In this document: piece after piece, positions 60,194 to 64,000 of the stretch
Position numbering within the stretch: the first letter of the stretch is position 1
Layout: each line of letters begins with the position of its first letter
Source: Microcoleus sp.
GTDB taxonomy: Bacteria > Cyanobacteriota > Cyanobacteriia > Cyanobacteriales > Microcoleaceae
NCBI GenBank assembly: GCA_042408215.1
Contig: JAYFMW010000006.1
Location: forward strand, 832,001 to 896,000
Direction of reading: 5' to 3'
DNA: 64,000 bases
Made by a program: the position numbers and the translations under genes
The notes under the pieces: model-generated
Told to the model about the DNA's origin: nothing
Database searches by the model: none
Seen by the model: only the letters and a program-made list of their open reading frames with translations

Positions 60194-60706
60194 TTAATTT
60201 TTCGCAGTTACTCCCATGCGAATTTCCGAACAAAAAGATGCTTGAGACCTACCGTTTGCTTGCTTGACAACGCTGGTACGCAGTCGGAGGTTTGGTATCA
60301 GATACCACAGCCTTTCTTCAGCATGGATGGTTTCGGATTCTGTAATCAATGTCAGCACATCATCTGCGCCCATCACATAGCTGCTGGTGTTTTTATCTTG
60401 GAGGACTTGGCCTTCGCTGGGGTTGTCGGGATTGGGTACGATCGCTAATATTGTAGAACCGACTTGTTTGCTACTGGTGCGATCGGGAACACCATCCCAA
60501 GTCACCCGCAGGCTAGTTAGCCCAGTGGAAGCAGGATTAATCGAGTGCTGTTGGCAAAGTTTGACGACTGCTGGATCAGTCGCTGTCAGTATTTCTATTT
60601 TTAGGTCAGATTTGCCTACCTGCAATTCCCCTGAATGTAGATTGTGTACGGTGCGCTGGGAAAACCATTGGCCTGCACTTAACTCGAAAAACTCGATCGC
60701 GTCCAT
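60194..60706 (-). CDS. CpcS/CpeS/CpcU-family phycobiliprotein lyase
   Basis: EFFELSAGQWFSQRTVH, EERLWY..PNLRLRTS, ASFCSEIRMG. Confidence 0.88.
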   Translation of the reverse strand: MDAIEFFELSAGQWFSQRTVHNLHSGELQVGKSDLKIEILTATDPAVVKLCQQHSINPASTGLTSLRVTWDGVPDRTSSKQVGSTILAIVPNPDNPSEGQVLQDKNTSSYVMGADDVLTLITESETIHAEERLWYLIPNLRLRTSVVKQANGRSQASFCSEIRMGVTAKN

Positions 60707-61090
60707 GAATTTTGTCTCTGAACTTAATACTTATCTATGTTGTATATTTTAAAGGAAGGGGGCGCGCCTGCAAAGCTTTCCGGGAGTTCTGAGTTAAGCA
60801 GATTCTCAGTTGGGTGGAGGTACGAAATCCCAGCCAGTTAAATTATAAATCAAAAAAGAGCATTTTAAGATTTTAATTTTTAATTTTTAATTGTTGTGTC
60901 TGATGTCACTTGATGAATTTTCCAAACACTTGCTGTCTCAATCATAGCAGCTCAGTGTTGCCACTCCGGGCGATGGTAGCAAATAGCCCTTAAATATGTC
61001 ATGCTAAGATCAGATAAAAGTTGATCGATCGGGTTTTCAGCCAGGTGCAGCTAGCGATCGCATACATTTGAGAAAGAAATCCACAAATTT

Positions 61091-63328
61091 ATGAGCGAGT
61101 TTACACAAGATTTAGATCAGATGCTGCCAGGAGAACAAACACACTGTCTGGGAATCGGGCCAAGTCAGTTAGCAGCAAATTCAGACACAGAAAAATTCTA
61201 CAGCTTGCTAACAGATTATAATTTTATCGAAGCTAAGCTGTCAGAATCGGGAGTACAGCCACTAATAGAAGATTACGATTTAGCAACAAATCCCGATCTT
61301 TTAACCTCAGACGAAAAAGCAGACACCCTCAAATTAATCCAAGAAGCAATTCGGCTTTCCGCTCACATTATAGCCCAAGACAAAACCCAACTAGCAGCCC
61401 AACTAATTGCCCGCTTGATGAGCTTTGAAAATACCGAAATTCAAGCACTGCTAGAACAAGCAAAACGCCAGAAAAAACCCTGGCTGCGACCGCTAACACC
61501 CAGCTTTACCCCTCCTGGAGGGAGATTAATGCGTACTCTGACCGGACATACAGATTGGGTACAAGGTGTAGCAATAACTCCCGATGGCAAGCGGGCAATT
61601 TCTGCTTCTTCCGACCACACTTTAAAAGTTTGGCACTTAGAAACAGGAGCAGAAATTTTCAGCCTCCAAGGTCATATTACCTATGTCAATGCTGTCGCAG
61701 TAACACCAGACGGCACTAAAGCAATTTCCGGTTCTTGGGACAATACGATTAAAATATGGGATCTAGAAACTGGAACAGAACTCTTTACCTTTGTCGGCGA
61801 TACATTTGCCGTAGAAGCTGTAGCAGTAACTCCCGACGGGAAGCGAGTAATTTCCGGTTCCTGGGACGGCAGTATTAAAGTTTGGGATTTGTCAACAGGG
61901 GCAGTAATTTTTAATCTCAAAGGTCATGGGAGTTTTGTGCAGTCAGTAGCAGTAACTCCTGACAGCAAACGATTAATTTCCGGGTCGGGCGACAACAGCA
62001 TCAAAGTCTGGAGTTTAGAAACTGGAACAGAACTTTTTACTCTGACCGGTCATGGAGATTGGGTAAAAGCTGTGGTAGTTACTCCCGACGGCGAAAAAAT
62101 AATTTCCGGCAGTTACGACGGAACTGTTAAAGTCTGGAGTTTGTCAGAGAGAAAGCAACTTTTCACATTAGGAAATCACGACATTTTCGTTCAAGCCGTG
62201 GCAGTTACTCCTGACGGGAAGCGGGTAATTTCTGCTTCCGGCGACAAAACGCTGAAAGTTTGGAGTCTGGAAACAAAAGCAGAACTTTTCACTTTGACCA
62301 ATCATATTGCCCCGGTGAATGCTGTGGCGGTGACTGCGGACGGAAAGCGGATAGTTTCTGGTTCCTCAGACAAAACGCTCAAAGTTTGGCACTTAGAAAC
62401 AGGAAAAGAAAATTTATCATTTGCAGGCCATGATGACTGTGTAAATGCTTTAGCGGTGACTGCGGACGGTACTAAAGTGATTTCCGGTTCAGGGGACAAC
62501 AGCATTAAAGTCTGGAATCTAGAAACACAAGCAGAAATTTTCACGATTACTGGTCATCAAGATTGGGTAAAAGCGATCGCAACAACAGCAGATAGCCAGC
62601 GAGTAATTTCGGGTGCCGGCGACAAAACTGTTAAAGTTTGGAATCTGGAAACAGGAGAGGAAATTTTTACTTTCACTGGTCATGCAGACTGGGTTAATTC
62701 TGTTGCCGTTACTCCAGACGGAAGGATGGCGATTTCTGGTTCTGGAGACAAAACTATTAAAGTTTGGAGTTTGGAAACAGGAGAGGAACTTTTTACTTTT
62801 ACAGGTCACACCGACGGGATAAAAGCTGTTGCAGTTACTCCTGACGGCAAGGGGGTAATTTCTGCTTCCGGCGACAAAACTCTCAAAGTTTGGAGTTTGG
62901 GTCAAGAACAGAATATTTTTGCTGATTTGTGGAATTTAGCAGTAAAAAATCTACTTTTCACTCTCAAAGGTCATGAGAGTTTTGTGAATGCTGTAGCAGT
63001 TACAGAAGATGGAAAATTTGCAATTTCTGGCGGGGGAGAAACAACTTTGAAAGTGTGGAATTTGCCAAGTAGAAAGGAAGCATTTACTCTGGCTGGTCAT
63101 GCCGATACGATAACAGCCGTCGCGACGATGGGAACCAGGGCAATTTCTGTTTCGGACGACAATACTCTCAAAGTTTGGGATTTGTTAAGTCGAGAAGTAA
63201 TTGCTAGTTTCAGAGGAGATAGTGCGTTGAAATCTTGTGCAGTTGCACCCGATGGGGTGACAATTGTGGCAGCGGAAGCTTCGGGACAGGTGCATTTTTT
63301 GAGGTTAGAAGTAGTCAGTAGTCAGTAG
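61091..63328 (+). CDS. WD40 repeat protein (14 repeats) with an N-terminal helical domain
   Basis: 14 GH...VAVTPDG...SGS.D..IKVW units; N-terminal FIEAKL..GVQPLIEDYD..IRLSAH..WLRPL. Confidence 0.9.
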   Translation: MSEFTQDLDQMLPGEQTHCLGIGPSQLAANSDTEKFYSLLTDYNFIEAKLSESGVQPLIEDYDLATNPDLLTSDEKADTLKLIQEAIRLSAHIIAQDKTQLAAQLIARLMSFENTEIQALLEQAKRQKKPWLRPLTPSFTPPGGRLMRTLTGHTDWVQGVAITPDGKRAISASSDHTLKVWHLETGAEIFSLQGHITYVNAVAVTPDGTKAISGSWDNTIKIWDLETGTELFTFVGDTFAVEAVAVTPDGKRVISGSWDGSIKVWDLSTGAVIFNLKGHGSFVQSVAVTPDSKRLISGSGDNSIKVWSLETGTELFTLTGHGDWVKAVVVTPDGEKIISGSYDGTVKVWSLSERKQLFTLGNHDIFVQAVAVTPDGKRVISASGDKTLKVWSLETKAELFTLTNHIAPVNAVAVTADGKRIVSGSSDKTLKVWHLETGKENLSFAGHDDCVNALAVTADGTKVISGSGDNSIKVWNLETQAEIFTITGHQDWVKAIATTADSQRVISGAGDKTVKVWNLETGEEIFTFTGHADWVNSVAVTPDGRMAISGSGDKTIKVWSLETGEELFTFTGHTDGIKAVAVTPDGKGVISASGDKTLKVWSLGQEQNIFADLWNLAVKNLLFTLKGHESFVNAVAVTEDGKFAISGGGETTLKVWNLPSRKEAFTLAGHADTITAVATMGTRAISVSDDNTLKVWDLLSREVIASFRGDSALKSCAVAPDGVTIVAAEASGQVHFLRLEVVSSQ

Positions 63329-63367
63329 TCAGTAGTCATTAGTCATTAGTTATTAGTCATTAGTCAG

Positions 63368-63516
63368 TAGTAAGGTGCGTCGCCCGCAACAATCTGCAAG
63401 TTCCATCGAATATCTGACAGCGACGCACCCTACAAATTAGCTATAGTAAGGTGCGTCGCCCGCAACAATCTGCAAGTTCCATCGAATATCTGACAGCGGC
63501 GCACCCTACAAATTAG
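63368..63516. repeat. 76-bp tandem duplication of a GTAAGGTGCGTCGC...GCGACGCACCCTAC REP unit
   Basis: two near-identical units between convergent genes. Confidence 0.85.
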
Positions 63517-63539
63517 GTGGCGATGTCCACCCTACCAAA

Positions 63540-64000
63540 TTAATTCCTCTGCAACTTCACCCCCCGAATCGAATAATCCAAAAGCTCAACAGGGTGCATC
63601 AAAGTAACCTCTTTTCCCTGCAATTCCAAATGCTTCTTAATTTGCAAAGAACAACCAGGATTCGCCGAAGCAATCAACTCAGCGCCAGTATTCAATAAAT
63701 TCTCAACCTTTTGCTGTCCCAACTCCTCAGCAACCTCCGGCTGCAACATATTATAAACGCCAGCACTCCCGCAGCACAAAGCCGCATCTAAAGGTTCTTT
63801 TAACTTCACACCCGGAATTTGTTGTAGCAGTTGACGCGGCTGCAAACTAATCTTTTGTCCGTGCAGTAAATGACACGCATCCTGATAAACTATCGTCAAA
63901 TCTCCGTCAATCAAAGGATGAAGTTTTGCAGTCAAACCCACACTTGCCAAAAACTCTTGCACGTCTTTAACATGGGCCGCAAAATCCTCAGCTTTTTCCC
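63540..64000 (-). CDS. glcF: glycolate oxidase Fe-S subunit, C-terminal part (truncated by window edge)
   Basis: CCG domain: YQDACHLLHGQ, LCCGSAGVYN, ANPGC.LQI, HPVELL. Confidence 0.88.
   Translation of the reverse strand, partial: EKAEDFAAHVKDVQEFLASVGLTAKLHPLIDGDLTIVYQDACHLLHGQKISLQPRQLLQQIPGVKLKEPLDAALCCGSAGVYNMLQPEVAEELGQQKVENLLNTGAELIASANPGCSLQIKKHLELQGKEVTLMHPVELLDYSIRGVKLQRN

Larger units (their letters stand above)
1..64000. repeat. HIP1 octamer (GCGATCGC) dispersed throughout
   Basis: many exact and near-exact copies (e.g. 77, 1200, 6028, 31430), hallmark of many cyanobacterial genomes. Confidence 0.9.

Overview
Chromosomal window from a filamentous cyanobacterium (Oscillatoriales, Microcoleus/Tychonema-like; inferred from psbY, psbI, a CpcS-family lyase, dense HIP1 GCGATCGC sites and heptamer STRR arrays). 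Most genes are housekeeping (hisC, malQ, rodZ, cdsA, cbiT, ychF, rsmG, sodA, rpiA, glcF), set among many REP palindromes, MITEs and short tandem repeats. Four things stand out. (1) Three different protein-free IS200/IS605 mini-elements (17180-17497, 23161-23671, 52538-52917) keep correctly matched cleavage/guide tetranucleotides and a TnpB omega-RNA-like scaffold; two carry a clear internal promoter and one sits in the psbY leader. (2) A solo TnpB/Cas12f-like RuvC nuclease with no zinc finger has IS607-like ends and no transposase. (3) A candidate signalling module: three secreted DUF928 paralogs, a CHASE2 receptor with no enzymatic output domain but a repeated helical tail, and a MinD/ParA ATPase with Arg in place of the signature Lys. 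(4) A DXCF-type cyanobacteriochrome diguanylate cyclase lacking the I-site, and a GH38 mannosidase with ten 38-aa repeats. No true CRISPR array, rRNA or tRNA was recognised. All family calls come from motif recognition by eye, not from database searches.
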